Shown here piece after piece: positions 29,203-39,305 of a stretch of 64,000 nt of DNA. The translations under genes and the position numbers were made by a program. The notes beneath the pieces were generated by a model. That model searched no databases. It had not been told where the DNA came from and saw only the letters and a list, made by a program, of their open reading frames with translations. This DNA comes from an uncultured Clostridium sp. (lineage in GTDB: Bacteria; Bacillota; Clostridia; TANB77; CAG-508). The stretch covers positions 2,921-66,920 of the forward strand of contig CAOJHH010000001.1 in NCBI GenBank assembly GCA_948436025.1. Direction: 5' to 3'. Position 1 is the first letter of the stretch, and every line of letters begins with the position of its first letter.

Positions 29203-30471
29203 ATGTTAGTAGAATTTAGTGTAAAAAATTTCATGTCAATAAAAGATGAAATAACGTTTAGTATGGTAGCAGGTAATGGAGATGAAAATATTGAAAATCT
29301 TATAAAATATAAGAAAACAGGTGAAAGATATTTAAAATCAACTGCTATTTATGGTGCAAATGCATCAGGCAAAACAAACTTTATAAGAGCACTAACAGCA
29401 GCAATTCTAATGGTTAGAAGATCAAACTCTAGAAATATTAACGAACCATTAATAGAAATGCAACCTTTTAAATTTGACTCAAGAACTTTGAATGAGCCTT
29501 GTGAATTTAAATTTGTTTTTATAAAAAATAATATTAAATATATATATGGTTTTTCAGCTGATGTAAACAGAATATATACAGAATACTTATATCAATATTT
29601 ATCAGCAAAACCAAGCCTAATTTTTGAAAGAAAAAATGTAGATGAATATAAATTTACTCAATCAGAACAAAGTAAGTTGAGTGAATTAGCAACTAAAAAC
29701 ACAGAAAAAAAACTATTTTTATCGACAGCAACTGCGTGGAACTATCAGAAAACAAAAGATGCATATATATGGTTTTCGGAAGATATAGACACATATAATG
29801 ATTATGAAAATGTAAGTGATTATGCATTTGATAAATTTGCAAACGATAAAGAAGGAAATTTGAAAAGGTTTACAATAAATTTACTAAAGCAAGCAGATAT
29901 TCTTATAAAAGATTACAATTTTGAAATTAAGGATGTAAACATAAATAGCATTGTTGCATTCAATAATATTAAAATTCCACATGAAAATATAGTACAAAAA
30001 GAAGTTCAAATATCTACATTTCATGAAATAGAAAATGAAAACGGAAATAAAGAAAATTATGAGTTAGATTTACAAGAAGAATCACTAGGAACTCAAAGTT
30101 TATTTTTTTTAAGTCCTGTTTTTAAAGATGCTTTTGAAAACGGAAAAATAGTCATAGTAGATGAAATAGACAAAAGCTTACATCCACTATTGGTTGAATT
30201 TATCGTAAAATTGTTTAATGACAGGGAAACTAATAAAAACAATGCGCAATTAATATTTAATACGCATGATACAAATTTGTTATCACTAGATAATTTTAGA
30301 AGAGATCAAATATGGTTTGTAGAAAAGGAACCAAAAAAGGGAACGACTGACCTATATCCATTAGATGATTTTTCTGTTAGAAAAACAGAAAATATTCAAA
30401 AAGGGTATTTAAATGGAAGGTATGGTGCAATTCCATTTTTGGTGACGGGTGACAGCCTATGGGAAGATTAG
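29203..30471 (+). CDS. AAA_21/ABC-type ATPase (AbiLi / RloA-like), candidate abortive-infection component
   Basis: N-terminal FSVKNFMSIKD, Walker A GANASGKTN, Walker B IVIVDEIDKSLHP, H-loop NTHD. Confidence 0.75.
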   Translation: MLVEFSVKNFMSIKDEITFSMVAGNGDENIENLIKYKKTGERYLKSTAIYGANASGKTNFIRALTAAILMVRRSNSRNINEPLIEMQPFKFDSRTLNEPCEFKFVFIKNNIKYIYGFSADVNRIYTEYLYQYLSAKPSLIFERKNVDEYKFTQSEQSKLSELATKNTEKKLFLSTATAWNYQKTKDAYIWFSEDIDTYNDYENVSDYAFDKFANDKEGNLKRFTINLLKQADILIKDYNFEIKDVNINSIVAFNNIKIPHENIVQKEVQISTFHEIENENGNKENYELDLQEESLGTQSLFFLSPVFKDAFENGKIVIVDEIDKSLHPLLVEFIVKLFNDRETNKNNAQLIFNTHDTNLLSLDNFRRDQIWFVEKEPKKGTTDLYPLDDFSVRKTENIQKGYLNGRYGAIPFLVTGDSLWED

Positions 30472-31082
30472 AACAAAGAAAAAGAAATTGTAACAAAAAA
30501 GAGAGAAAATCTGTTATTGCAATAGGGTGTGAGGGAAAGAATAAAACAGAAACGACATATTTTAAAAATTTTTCTAGTAGAGAATGTATTATAAAATTCT
30601 CTACAGGAATACATACAGATCCAATTGGAATGGCGAATGATTTAGTGAACTTTATAAAAAAGGAAGATATTAGTATTGAATACGGAGATAAAATATACCT
30701 GTTAATCGATACAGATATAAATCAAAATAAGCAAGGACAACTAGAAACAGTAAAAGAGATTTGTAGAAAAAATAATATTGAATTAATTACCTCAACTCCT
30801 ACATTTGAATATTGGTACATACTACATTATGAAAAAACAGCAAAAAAGTATCAAAGTAGTAAACAGGTAAAAGATGAATTGAAAAGAAAAATCAAGGGAT
30901 ATTCAGAAGAAATGAATGTATATCCCTTAATAAAAGATAAAACATTGGAAGCAATAGAAAATGCAGAAAGGATTGAAAAGAACCACGTAAAAAATGGACA
31001 AACAATTGATTCAGAGGAAGCGAATCCACATACAAGAGTATATAAAGTAGTGGAAGAGATTAATAAAAGAAATAAAACATAA
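30459..31082 (+). CDS. RloB-like protein (AbiLii-like), partner of the preceding ATPase
   Basis: SVIAIGCEGKNKTETTYF matches the RloB N-terminal signature (…LIVCEG.KTE..YF). Start overlaps the upstream stop by 13 nt. Confidence 0.68.
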   Translation: MGRLEQRKRNCNKKERKSVIAIGCEGKNKTETTYFKNFSSRECIIKFSTGIHTDPIGMANDLVNFIKKEDISIEYGDKIYLLIDTDINQNKQGQLETVKEICRKNNIELITSTPTFEYWYILHYEKTAKKYQSSKQVKDELKRKIKGYSEEMNVYPLIKDKTLEAIENAERIEKNHVKNGQTIDSEEANPHTRVYKVVEEINKRNKT

Positions 31083-31229
31083 AGAATTAATAGTAAGAAT
31101 GATAGGGGAAGTTACAACCTATTGTTCTTTCTTTATGTTACATAATAATCTCCAATTATTACAAAACGATTACATTTACACGAAAAACCTTGAATAAAAA
31201 ACAACTTTGTAGTATTATGAAAAAGAAGT

Positions 31230-31258
31230 TAGAAAAACCTTGAAAAATGGAATGGAAT
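31230..31258 (+). promoter_or_regulatory. promoter TTGAAA-17-TATAAT at the head of the polysaccharide locus
   Basis: Read directly. GGGAGG RBS follows. Confidence 0.5.
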
Positions 31259-31291
31259 TTGATATAATAGCCTAGACGTAAGGGAGGATAT

Positions 31292-31786
31292 ATGAACATA
31301 AGGAAAATCGTATCTATTATAGTAGTTCTTATATGGATGAGCATCATATTTGGCTTTTCAAATCAACAAGGAGAAGGTTCAGGAAATACAAGTAGAAAAA
31401 TATCCGAGGTAATTGTTAAGATAATAGATGTTCAAAACAGATATAGTGAGTTAGAAAAAGACAAGTTGATAGAAACAGTAGAACCAATCCTTCGAAAAGT
31501 TGCACATCTTACCATTTATGCAATTGGTGGAATTGCTATTGCAAATTGCGTATGGCAGTTTTGTAGTAAAGAAAAAAGAGCAATAGGAATTAGTACTTGT
31601 ATTGGTGTGATGTATGCAATAAGTGATGAGGTTCATCAACTTATGATAGATGGTAGAAATGGCAATATAAAGGATGTTATAATAGATTCCATAGGAATAT
31701 TAATAGGTATTATGATATTTTTACTAATAAAAGGGGTTTGTAAAAGGATTGTTAGGAAGAAAAAGGAATGTAGAGGGGGAGAATAG
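31292..31786 (+). CDS. VanZ-like family membrane protein
   Basis: Four TM segments with VanZ-type signature (FGFSNQQGEGS...SDEVHQ). Confidence 0.7.
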   Translation: MNIRKIVSIIVVLIWMSIIFGFSNQQGEGSGNTSRKISEVIVKIIDVQNRYSELEKDKLIETVEPILRKVAHLTIYAIGGIAIANCVWQFCSKEKRAIGISTCIGVMYAISDEVHQLMIDGRNGNIKDVIIDSIGILIGIMIFLLIKGVCKRIVRKKKECRGGE

Positions 31787-31787
31787 A

Positions 31788-32499
31788 TTGGTTGCAGAAC
31801 AAGCTAACTTAACAACAGTAGATAGTGACATAGCTAAAAGTACAACAAACAATAAAGTATCCAATTCTATAGTGAGAGATAGAATCAGTATTATATTAAA
31901 AAGAGGTATTGATTTAGCATCAGGAATCGTTGGATGCCTGTTGCTAGTACCAATAACTCTTTTTGTTGTTATTTCAAATATTGTTAATAGAGATAAGGGA
32001 TCAATATTTTTTACACAAGAACGCATTGGTAAGAAACGGAAAAATATTTAAAATGTATAAATTTAGGACAATGGTAGTAGGGGCAGAAGATATTTTGAAA
32101 AAACATATAGAGGAAGAGACGGATATTGGAAAAGAATATTTAGAACATAAGAAGATAAAGAATGATCCTAGAATTACGAAAGTAGGCAAGTTTTTAAGAG
32201 CAACAAGTTTGGACGAGTTTCCTCAGTTTATTAATGTGATAAAAGGTCAAATGAGCTTAGTTGGACCACGACCATATTTGCCAAGAGAAAAAGAAGATAT
32301 GGGAGAATATTATGAATATATAGTAAAAATGAAACCAGGAGTGACAGGACCTTGGCAAGTGGCTGGTAGAAATAATTTGGAGTTTGAAGATAGACTAGAA
32401 TTAGATAGAGAGTATTGTGATAGAAGAGGAAATAGAAGAGATATTCGAATTGTTTTTAAAACGATAATGAAAGTTTTGAAAAAAGAAGGAGCAATATAA
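31788..32499 (+). CDS. undecaprenyl-phosphate sugar phosphotransferase (small WbaP/CpsE-type priming transferase), apparent frameshift near 32031-32040
   Basis: N-terminal TM part (KRGIDLASGIVGCLLLVP...FTQERIGK) in one frame. The catalytic C-terminus (NGKIFKMYKFRTM...SLVGPRP) is in the +1 frame. One extra A in AAGAAACGG restores continuity. Probable TTG start 31788 after an AGGGGGAG RBS. Confidence 0.8.
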
Positions 32500-32501
32500 A
32501 A

Positions 32502-33773
32502 GTGGAAAATAGTAAAAAGAATTTATTAATATATGCCCACTATTATATTCCTGATGTAGCATCTACTGGTCAAATTATAAAAGAACTAGCAGAAGGAATG
32601 CTAGATACATTCAATATAACTATTATTTGTGTTGTACCATCATATACAGGAGTGGTAGAGAAAGAATATAAAACTCAAAAATATTATAGAGAGAATATAA
32701 ATGGTGTTAATATTATTAGAATAAGAGTTTCAGAATTCACCAAGAGTAGCAAGAAAAGTAGAATCAAGAATATACTCGATTATTTTTTTGGAGCAATCTT
32801 AGCTACATTCAAAGTAGGAAAACAAGATTATGTTTTTTCTATATCACAACCACCTATTTTGGGAGGATTATTAGGTGTTTTTGGAAAGTGGGTAAAGCAT
32901 GCTAAGTATATATATAATATCCAAGACTTTAATCCAGAACAAACTATGGTAATTGGATATAGTAAAAATAAGCTAATTATGAAATTAATGATGAGTTTAG
33001 ATAAATTCAGTTGTCGTAGGAGTGATTTGATTATTACTGTAGGAAGAGATTTAGCCGAAACAATTCATAAAAGATTCAAGAATAAAAAAATACCGAAAAC
33101 GATTGTAATAAATAATTGGATTAACGAAAAAGAAATTTATCCATTAAAAGAAGATAATGAAGAAGTAGAAAAATTTAAGAGAAAATATAATTTGCAAAAT
33201 AAATTCATCTTTATGTATTCTGGAAATATTGGGCTATATTATGATTTAGAAGGTATTTTTAAAGTGTTAGAAAAGATAAAATCAGGGATAAAAACAAAAG
33301 AAGGCAAAGAAGTGGTTTTTGCATTTGTTGGGGATGGAACAATCTTACAAGATTTGAAAAAATATAAAGAAGAAAAAAATATGGATAATGTAATATTTAT
33401 TCCATACCAAGATAAAAAAGATTTGATATATAGTTTGAATACAGCAGATGTTCATTGGTGTGTAAATGCAAAAGGAATAAAAGGTGTTTCTTGTCCGTCA
33501 AAATACTATGGGATTGCAGCAGTTGGAAAACCAATATTAGGAGTGTTAGAGAGAGAAACGGAAATACAATTGTTAATAGAGAAAACAAAAGGAGGATTGA
33601 TTTCTGTTCCAGAAGACTATGGTTTTCTCGAAAAAAACATCAAATGGTTTATCGATAATGCGAATAGTACTGAATTACACGAGATGGGTAAAAGAAATAG
33701 AACATACTTAGTAGATAACTTAACTAAGGATATCTCCATTAATAAATATAAAGAAGAAATATTAAAATTATAG
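32502..33773 (+). CDS. glycosyltransferase family 4 (WcaI-like)
   Basis: GT-B fold with C-terminal GT1/GT4 motifs (FIPYQDK...GVLERETE...). Confidence 0.7.
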   Translation: MENSKKNLLIYAHYYIPDVASTGQIIKELAEGMLDTFNITIICVVPSYTGVVEKEYKTQKYYRENINGVNIIRIRVSEFTKSSKKSRIKNILDYFFGAILATFKVGKQDYVFSISQPPILGGLLGVFGKWVKHAKYIYNIQDFNPEQTMVIGYSKNKLIMKLMMSLDKFSCRRSDLIITVGRDLAETIHKRFKNKKIPKTIVINNWINEKEIYPLKEDNEEVEKFKRKYNLQNKFIFMYSGNIGLYYDLEGIFKVLEKIKSGIKTKEGKEVVFAFVGDGTILQDLKKYKEEKNMDNVIFIPYQDKKDLIYSLNTADVHWCVNAKGIKGVSCPSKYYGIAAVGKPILGVLERETEIQLLIEKTKGGLISVPEDYGFLEKNIKWFIDNANSTELHEMGKRNRTYLVDNLTKDISINKYKEEILKL

Positions 33774-33795
33774 AAATTGATAACAGGAGCTAGCA

Positions 33796-34989
33796 ATGAA
33801 GATAGTACAAATCAATACTTTTCCCAATAAGTCAACTGGCAATATTATGATGAATATCCATAAGAAATTAATTGAGAATAATATTGAATCTTATGTTGTA
33901 TGGGGAAGAGGAAAAAAAGCAAAGGATAATACAGAAATATATATGAATGACAAACTAGGAGTGTATTTGCATGGACTTTACACTAGAATTACCGATAAAG
34001 CAGGATTTGCTTCTAAAAGAGCAACAAAAAAACTTTTGCAAAAATTAGATGTGATAAGACCAGACATTATACATTTGCATAATTTGCATGGATATTATAT
34101 AAATATAGAAATGCTATTTAATTATATTAAAAGAAATAATATAAAGGTAGTATGGACATTACATGACTGTTGGGCTTTTACAGGGCATTGTGCTTATTTT
34201 GATATGGTTAATTGTGAAAAATGGAAAAGTGAGTGCCGTAATTGTGAATTAAAAAATACATATCCAAAAACATCAATTATTGACAATTCTAGTAGCAATT
34301 ATTATAATAAGAAAAAACTTTTTAATAATGTAGAGGACATGCAAATAATATCAGTATCGAAATGGTTAGAAAATAAAATAAAAAGCTCGTTTTTGGAAAA
34401 GCATAAAATTTTAACAATACAAAATGGAATAGATATAAATGTTTTTAAACCTACTGAAAGTGTTATAAGAGAAACATATAATTTACAAGGAAAAAAGGTA
34501 ATATTGGGCGTTGCCAGTGAATGGACAAAAAGAAAGGGGCTTGAAGATTTTATAAAATTAAGCCAAATAATAACAGACGAATACCAGATCATTTTAATAG
34601 GATTAAACAAAAAACAAATTAAGCAAGTGCCTAATAATATAATACCATTAGAAAGGATGAAAAGTATAGAAGAACTTGTAGAATACTATTCTATAGCGGA
34701 TGTTTATTTCAATGCAAGTGTAGAAGAAACCTTTGGAATGACTACAATAGAAGCAATGGCTTGTAAAACACCTGTAATTGTATATAATGCTACAGCTTTA
34801 CCAGAAGTAGTCACCGAAGACACGGGATTTGTTATAGAACCACACAACATAGAAAAAGTATGGAAAAAAATCGAATTAATATGCGAAAATAAAATATTTA
34901 ATAAGAAAAATATTAGAAAAAATGCAGAAAAGTATAATAAGGAAGAGGTATTTGAAAAATATATAAATGTATACAAGTCTATGATATGA
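33796..34989 (+). CDS. glycosyltransferase family 4
   Basis: EX7E-type GT4 C-terminal domain (ASVEETFGMTTIEAMACKTPV). Confidence 0.72.
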   Translation: MKIVQINTFPNKSTGNIMMNIHKKLIENNIESYVVWGRGKKAKDNTEIYMNDKLGVYLHGLYTRITDKAGFASKRATKKLLQKLDVIRPDIIHLHNLHGYYINIEMLFNYIKRNNIKVVWTLHDCWAFTGHCAYFDMVNCEKWKSECRNCELKNTYPKTSIIDNSSSNYYNKKKLFNNVEDMQIISVSKWLENKIKSSFLEKHKILTIQNGIDINVFKPTESVIRETYNLQGKKVILGVASEWTKRKGLEDFIKLSQIITDEYQIILIGLNKKQIKQVPNNIIPLERMKSIEELVEYYSIADVYFNASVEETFGMTTIEAMACKTPVIVYNATALPEVVTEDTGFVIEPHNIEKVWKKIELICENKIFNKKNIRKNAEKYNKEEVFEKYINVYKSMI

Positions 34990-36224
34990 AAATGGGAGAG
35001 AAATCTATGAAAGATAAAATAGTAAATAGATTTAATCTTGCAACTCTAGTTGTAATTTTAACGTTTTTAAATGGTATAATAAAACCAGAAATGATGCTTG
35101 TCATTGAAATTTTAGTTTTATTAATACAGCTAAAAAAAATAAAAGTAAATAAATATTTTATGATAGGATCACTAGTATTAGTGTTACATGGATTAATAAA
35201 TTGTTTTATAGGAAATGATACTTTAATACTAATGTCAAAACAATTAATAGGAATAGTAATAACTTTTACATTTTACTACTCATTTGCTAATAGTGAAAAT
35301 TTAAAAGAAATTGTAAAATTGTATGTACAATGTTCGGTAATTATAGCAGTAATTGCAATATTACAACAAATTGCAAAGCTAATAGGGTTAACAGTAATAT
35401 ATGATTTAAGGTGGCTTATCCCAAATCAATTAGCACCAGTACATTCTCTATATAGATCAGTAGCAATATTTACAGAACCATCGGAATGTGCATTAATATT
35501 ATTACCAACGGTTTTTTTATCTATATATTATTGGCTAGGTAAAAATAGAGTAAAATTACAAGGCATTATAAATAAACCAATTTCAATAATAGTAGTTCTT
35601 GGATATATATTTACATTTTCGTCTGCAGGTTATATCGGAGTGATTTTTACATTTATAGCGATATGTTTTGAATATAGAAGAGAATGGAAAAAAATGTTAT
35701 TTATTATTATAACAATTATTATTATAATTGTACTATTGTATTCAACTCTTTCTGTTTTTCGAATAAGAGTAAATGACACTATTAGTTCAATTATGAATAG
35801 ATCAGACAAAATAGAAAAAAATAATTTAAGTACGCAAACAATAAGTATTAATGCTAAAATTGCAATATACAATCTACAGAATACTTTATTTTTAGGAGGT
35901 GGTATTGGTTCCCATCTGATTGCTTACAATAAATATATTAACAATCTAAATGTAAGCGATGTTGAAATATTATTGAACAAGGAAGATGCTAATTCATTAT
36001 TGTTAAGAATTATATCAGAATTAGGAATTATAGGAATATTAATGACTATTGCGTTCTTTTATTATAATAAATGTAAAAATAAGACAACATTAGGTTATGT
36101 AATAAACCTCATGTGCATAGTATATTTTCTTTTAAGACTATTAAGATATGGGCACTATTTTAATGATGGTTTATGGTTAGTTGTAGTATTATATATGATA
36201 ACTGCAAAAAATAATATAGAGTAA
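34986..36224 (+). CDS. polysaccharide polymerase (Wzy / O-antigen ligase-like), multi-pass membrane protein
   Basis: About 10 TM segments with a large loop. Positioned among GTs. ATGA-coupled start 34986, or RBS-supported ATG 35007. Confidence 0.55.
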   Translation: MKMGEKSMKDKIVNRFNLATLVVILTFLNGIIKPEMMLVIEILVLLIQLKKIKVNKYFMIGSLVLVLHGLINCFIGNDTLILMSKQLIGIVITFTFYYSFANSENLKEIVKLYVQCSVIIAVIAILQQIAKLIGLTVIYDLRWLIPNQLAPVHSLYRSVAIFTEPSECALILLPTVFLSIYYWLGKNRVKLQGIINKPISIIVVLGYIFTFSSAGYIGVIFTFIAICFEYRREWKKMLFIIITIIIIIVLLYSTLSVFRIRVNDTISSIMNRSDKIEKNNLSTQTISINAKIAIYNLQNTLFLGGGIGSHLIAYNKYINNLNVSDVEILLNKEDANSLLLRIISELGIIGILMTIAFFYYNKCKNKTTLGYVINLMCIVYFLLRLLRYGHYFNDGLWLVVVLYMITAKNNIE

Positions 36225-36238
36225 GTGAAGGGGAAAAT

Positions 36239-37075
36239 ATGAAAATATCAATTATTACAATAACATATAATAGTGAAAAGACTATAGAAGAAACAATACT
36301 AAGTATTATAAGTCAAAACTATCAAAACATTGAGTATATAATTATTGATGGAGGTTCTAAAGATAATACTTTAAATATAATTAATAAATATAAAACCAAG
36401 ATTAGCAAAGTAATATCAGAACCAGATAATGGTATTAGTGATGCATTTAATAAAGGAATTAGAGAGGCTACGGGGGATATCATAGGAATTATTAATTCAG
36501 ATGATATTCTGAATATAGATACGTTAAATGAATTAAATAATATTATAGAAAAAGAACCAGATTATGATGTATATTATGGTAATGGTATTATATTTGATGA
36601 TAAAAGAAATCACGTATATAAGCCCAATAATAAAATAGAAGATATATTAAAATATATGTTTATATGTCACCCAGCAACATTTGTAACAAAGTCTGCATAT
36701 GAAAGATATGGTTTATTTGATATATCATATAAGTGTGCGATGGACTTTGAATTATTATCTAGAATGTACATAAATGGAGCAAAGTTCAAATATTTTGATT
36801 ATGAATGTACATGGTTTAGATTAGGAGGAGCAAGCAAAAAAAAGTCAGATTTAACTAAAACAGAAAGTATAAAAATAGTCATTAGGAATGGAATAGATGA
36901 AAAACAAGCAATTAAATACTTTAATAAAATTATGCAAAAAGAAAAATATATTGAATTTGCTAGAAAAATAGGAATAGAAAATCTATTAAGGAAAATAGTT
37001 AAAAAACAAGAAAAGTCAAAGGGCTTTTCTAAGTGGTATTTAAATTTTAAAGATCAACTAGAAACAAAGGGGTAA
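36239..37075 (+). CDS. glycosyltransferase family 2
   Basis: ISIITITYNSEKTIEETILS...IIIDGGSKD...DSDD GT-A signature. Confidence 0.8.
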   Translation: MKISIITITYNSEKTIEETILSIISQNYQNIEYIIIDGGSKDNTLNIINKYKTKISKVISEPDNGISDAFNKGIREATGDIIGIINSDDILNIDTLNELNNIIEKEPDYDVYYGNGIIFDDKRNHVYKPNNKIEDILKYMFICHPATFVTKSAYERYGLFDISYKCAMDFELLSRMYINGAKFKYFDYECTWFRLGGASKKKSDLTKTESIKIVIRNGIDEKQAIKYFNKIMQKEKYIEFARKIGIENLLRKIVKKQEKSKGFSKWYLNFKDQLETKG

Positions 37076-38236
37076 ATGATGAAAAAAATAAAAGTTTTAT
37101 ATGTGCATCATGCAGAATCAGAAGCAGGTGCACCGAGAAGTTTAGCTTTTTTAATTGATAATTTAGATAAAGACAAATATGAACCATATGTTCTTATCTC
37201 ATTTGACTATGAAGGAAATAAAAAATTGTTTGAAGGTGTTGGAGCAAAAGTTATATACAAGCCTTTAATGGGACCATGGCATGGTAGTACTGTTTCGGGA
37301 ATGTCATTAGGAATGTTGTATTTTAATTTAAAACATGCAATTCCTACATATTATAAAATGTTTGATGTATTGAAAGAAGTAAAACCAGATTTAGTACATC
37401 TTAATAGTACTTGTTTATTTATAGTTGCAAAAGCTGTAAAAAAGAGTGATAGCAATATTCCAGTAGTTTGCCATGTTAGAGAACCATTATTACCAAATTA
37501 TTGGGGTGATATTTTAAGAAGAAATATTGAGAAATATGTTGATTATTTTGTTGCTATAGAAAAATATGATATAAATTCTTTAAAAACAAACAAAAGGTAT
37601 GAAGTTATAAATAATTTTGTAGATTTTAATGTATATAATTCTAAAGTAAAATCAAGCATACTGCATGAAGAACTCCACATAGATGAAAAACATAAGATTT
37701 TACTGTATTTGGCTCGTATATCTCCAGAAAATGGGGCATTAGAGATGATAAAAGCTATAGAAGATCTGTTGAAGAAAAGAAAAGACATACATTTATGCTT
37801 AGTTGGAGCACGTTTGCAATGTAGAACAGAATATCAAGATAAAGTAATGAAAATTAGTGAAAAATATGAAAATATACATATATTATCATTTAGAAAAGAT
37901 ATTCCTGAGATTATAGCATCAAGCGATGTCTTGATTACGCCTTTTAAAGAACCACATTTTGCAAGAAGTATTATTGAGGCTGCAGCAATGGGGGTTCCAG
38001 CAATAGGGTCAGATATTGGTGGAATTCAAGAATTAATTATAAACAACAAAACGGGTTATCTTATAGAAAATAATGATAATAATGCATTAAAAGAAAAATG
38101 CGAATTTTTAGTTGATAACGATGGAGTAAGAAGAAAATTTGGACAAAATGCTGAAGAGTATGCAAAGGAAAATTTTGAAGCAATTAAAAATTCAAAAAGA
38201 ACTTTTGAGATATATGATAAATTACTAAATAAGTAG
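37076..38236 (+). CDS. glycosyltransferase family 4
   Basis: GT4 C-terminal motif (RSIIEAAAMGVPAIGSDIGG...). Confidence 0.72.
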   Translation: MMKKIKVLYVHHAESEAGAPRSLAFLIDNLDKDKYEPYVLISFDYEGNKKLFEGVGAKVIYKPLMGPWHGSTVSGMSLGMLYFNLKHAIPTYYKMFDVLKEVKPDLVHLNSTCLFIVAKAVKKSDSNIPVVCHVREPLLPNYWGDILRRNIEKYVDYFVAIEKYDINSLKTNKRYEVINNFVDFNVYNSKVKSSILHEELHIDEKHKILLYLARISPENGALEMIKAIEDLLKKRKDIHLCLVGARLQCRTEYQDKVMKISEKYENIHILSFRKDIPEIIASSDVLITPFKEPHFARSIIEAAAMGVPAIGSDIGGIQELIINNKTGYLIENNDNNALKEKCEFLVDNDGVRRKFGQNAEEYAKENFEAIKNSKRTFEIYDKLLNK

Positions 38237-38246
38237 AGGTGTAAAA

Positions 38247-39290
38247 TTGAGAAAAAGAGTTATAGTTTATCCATCCATAGAAAAATCTACAAATTTTTAT
38301 ATAAGAAATCTGTACAAGACGATAAAAAAAGATTACAATGTTGTAGGTTATAATGAAATTAAAGAAAAAATTGGAAAGTTAAAAGGTGATATATATCACT
38401 TTAATTGGATTGAAAGTATTAATCAAAAAAAAGATTACTTGAAAAAGAAAATATTGATTATTTTATTAAAGCTTTTAAATAAAAAAATAATATGGACTGT
38501 ACATAACAATATGCCACATGAGATAAAAGATCAAAAACAAACAATAGACTTTATGAAATTTATGGCTAAAAAAGCAGACAGAGTACATGTTTTATGCAAA
38601 GAAACAGTTAATAGTGAATACTTAAAAAAATATAGAGAGAAAATTGTATATATACCACATGGGGATTATATAGGTAATTATGCCAAAAGTAGAGTAGATA
38701 TACATGAAAGATATAAAATAGATAAAGAAAAGAAAATTATATTATTTATTGGGCAAGTTAGAAAATATAAAAACATTGAATTATTAATTAAAGTATTTAA
38801 AAATTCATATATAGAAAATAATAATTGTGTACTATTGATATGTGGAAATTGCAATGACGAAGAATACAAAAAAGAGTTACAAGAAATTTCAACTCCAAAT
38901 GTGTTTTTTGACTTTAAATTTATAAAAGATGAAGAAATGGAAAGCTATTTAAGAAATTCAGAAATAATTGTTGCACCATATAACAAACAGAGTTCTTTAA
39001 ATTCTGGGACTTTATGGATGGCAATGTCTTATAAAAAAACAATGATGTTACCATTGATAGGATGTGTTAAGGATATAAGAAACTATGATGACTTTTTATA
39101 TGTATATGATTATAATAATCAAGATGATCATTATCAGAAATTATTAAATTGCATGAGAAAATTAAATAGTGATATGAAAAACAATGAAAAAAATTTATTG
39201 GAAAAAGGAAATTTGGCATACAAATATATACTAAATAGTCAATCTTGGAAGAAACAATCTAAGGATTGGATAAATTTATATAAGTTTTGA
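38247..39290 (+). CDS. glycosyltransferase (GT1/GT4-like)
   Basis: GT-B-like C-terminal pattern. TTG start with AGAGGTG RBS. Confidence 0.5.
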   Translation: MRKRVIVYPSIEKSTNFYIRNLYKTIKKDYNVVGYNEIKEKIGKLKGDIYHFNWIESINQKKDYLKKKILIILLKLLNKKIIWTVHNNMPHEIKDQKQTIDFMKFMAKKADRVHVLCKETVNSEYLKKYREKIVYIPHGDYIGNYAKSRVDIHERYKIDKEKKIILFIGQVRKYKNIELLIKVFKNSYIENNNCVLLICGNCNDEEYKKELQEISTPNVFFDFKFIKDEEMESYLRNSEIIVAPYNKQSSLNSGTLWMAMSYKKTMMLPLIGCVKDIRNYDDFLYVYDYNNQDDHYQKLLNCMRKLNSDMKNNEKNLLEKGNLAYKYILNSQSWKKQSKDWINLYKF

Positions 39291-39305
39291 AGGAGGATAT
39301 GATAT

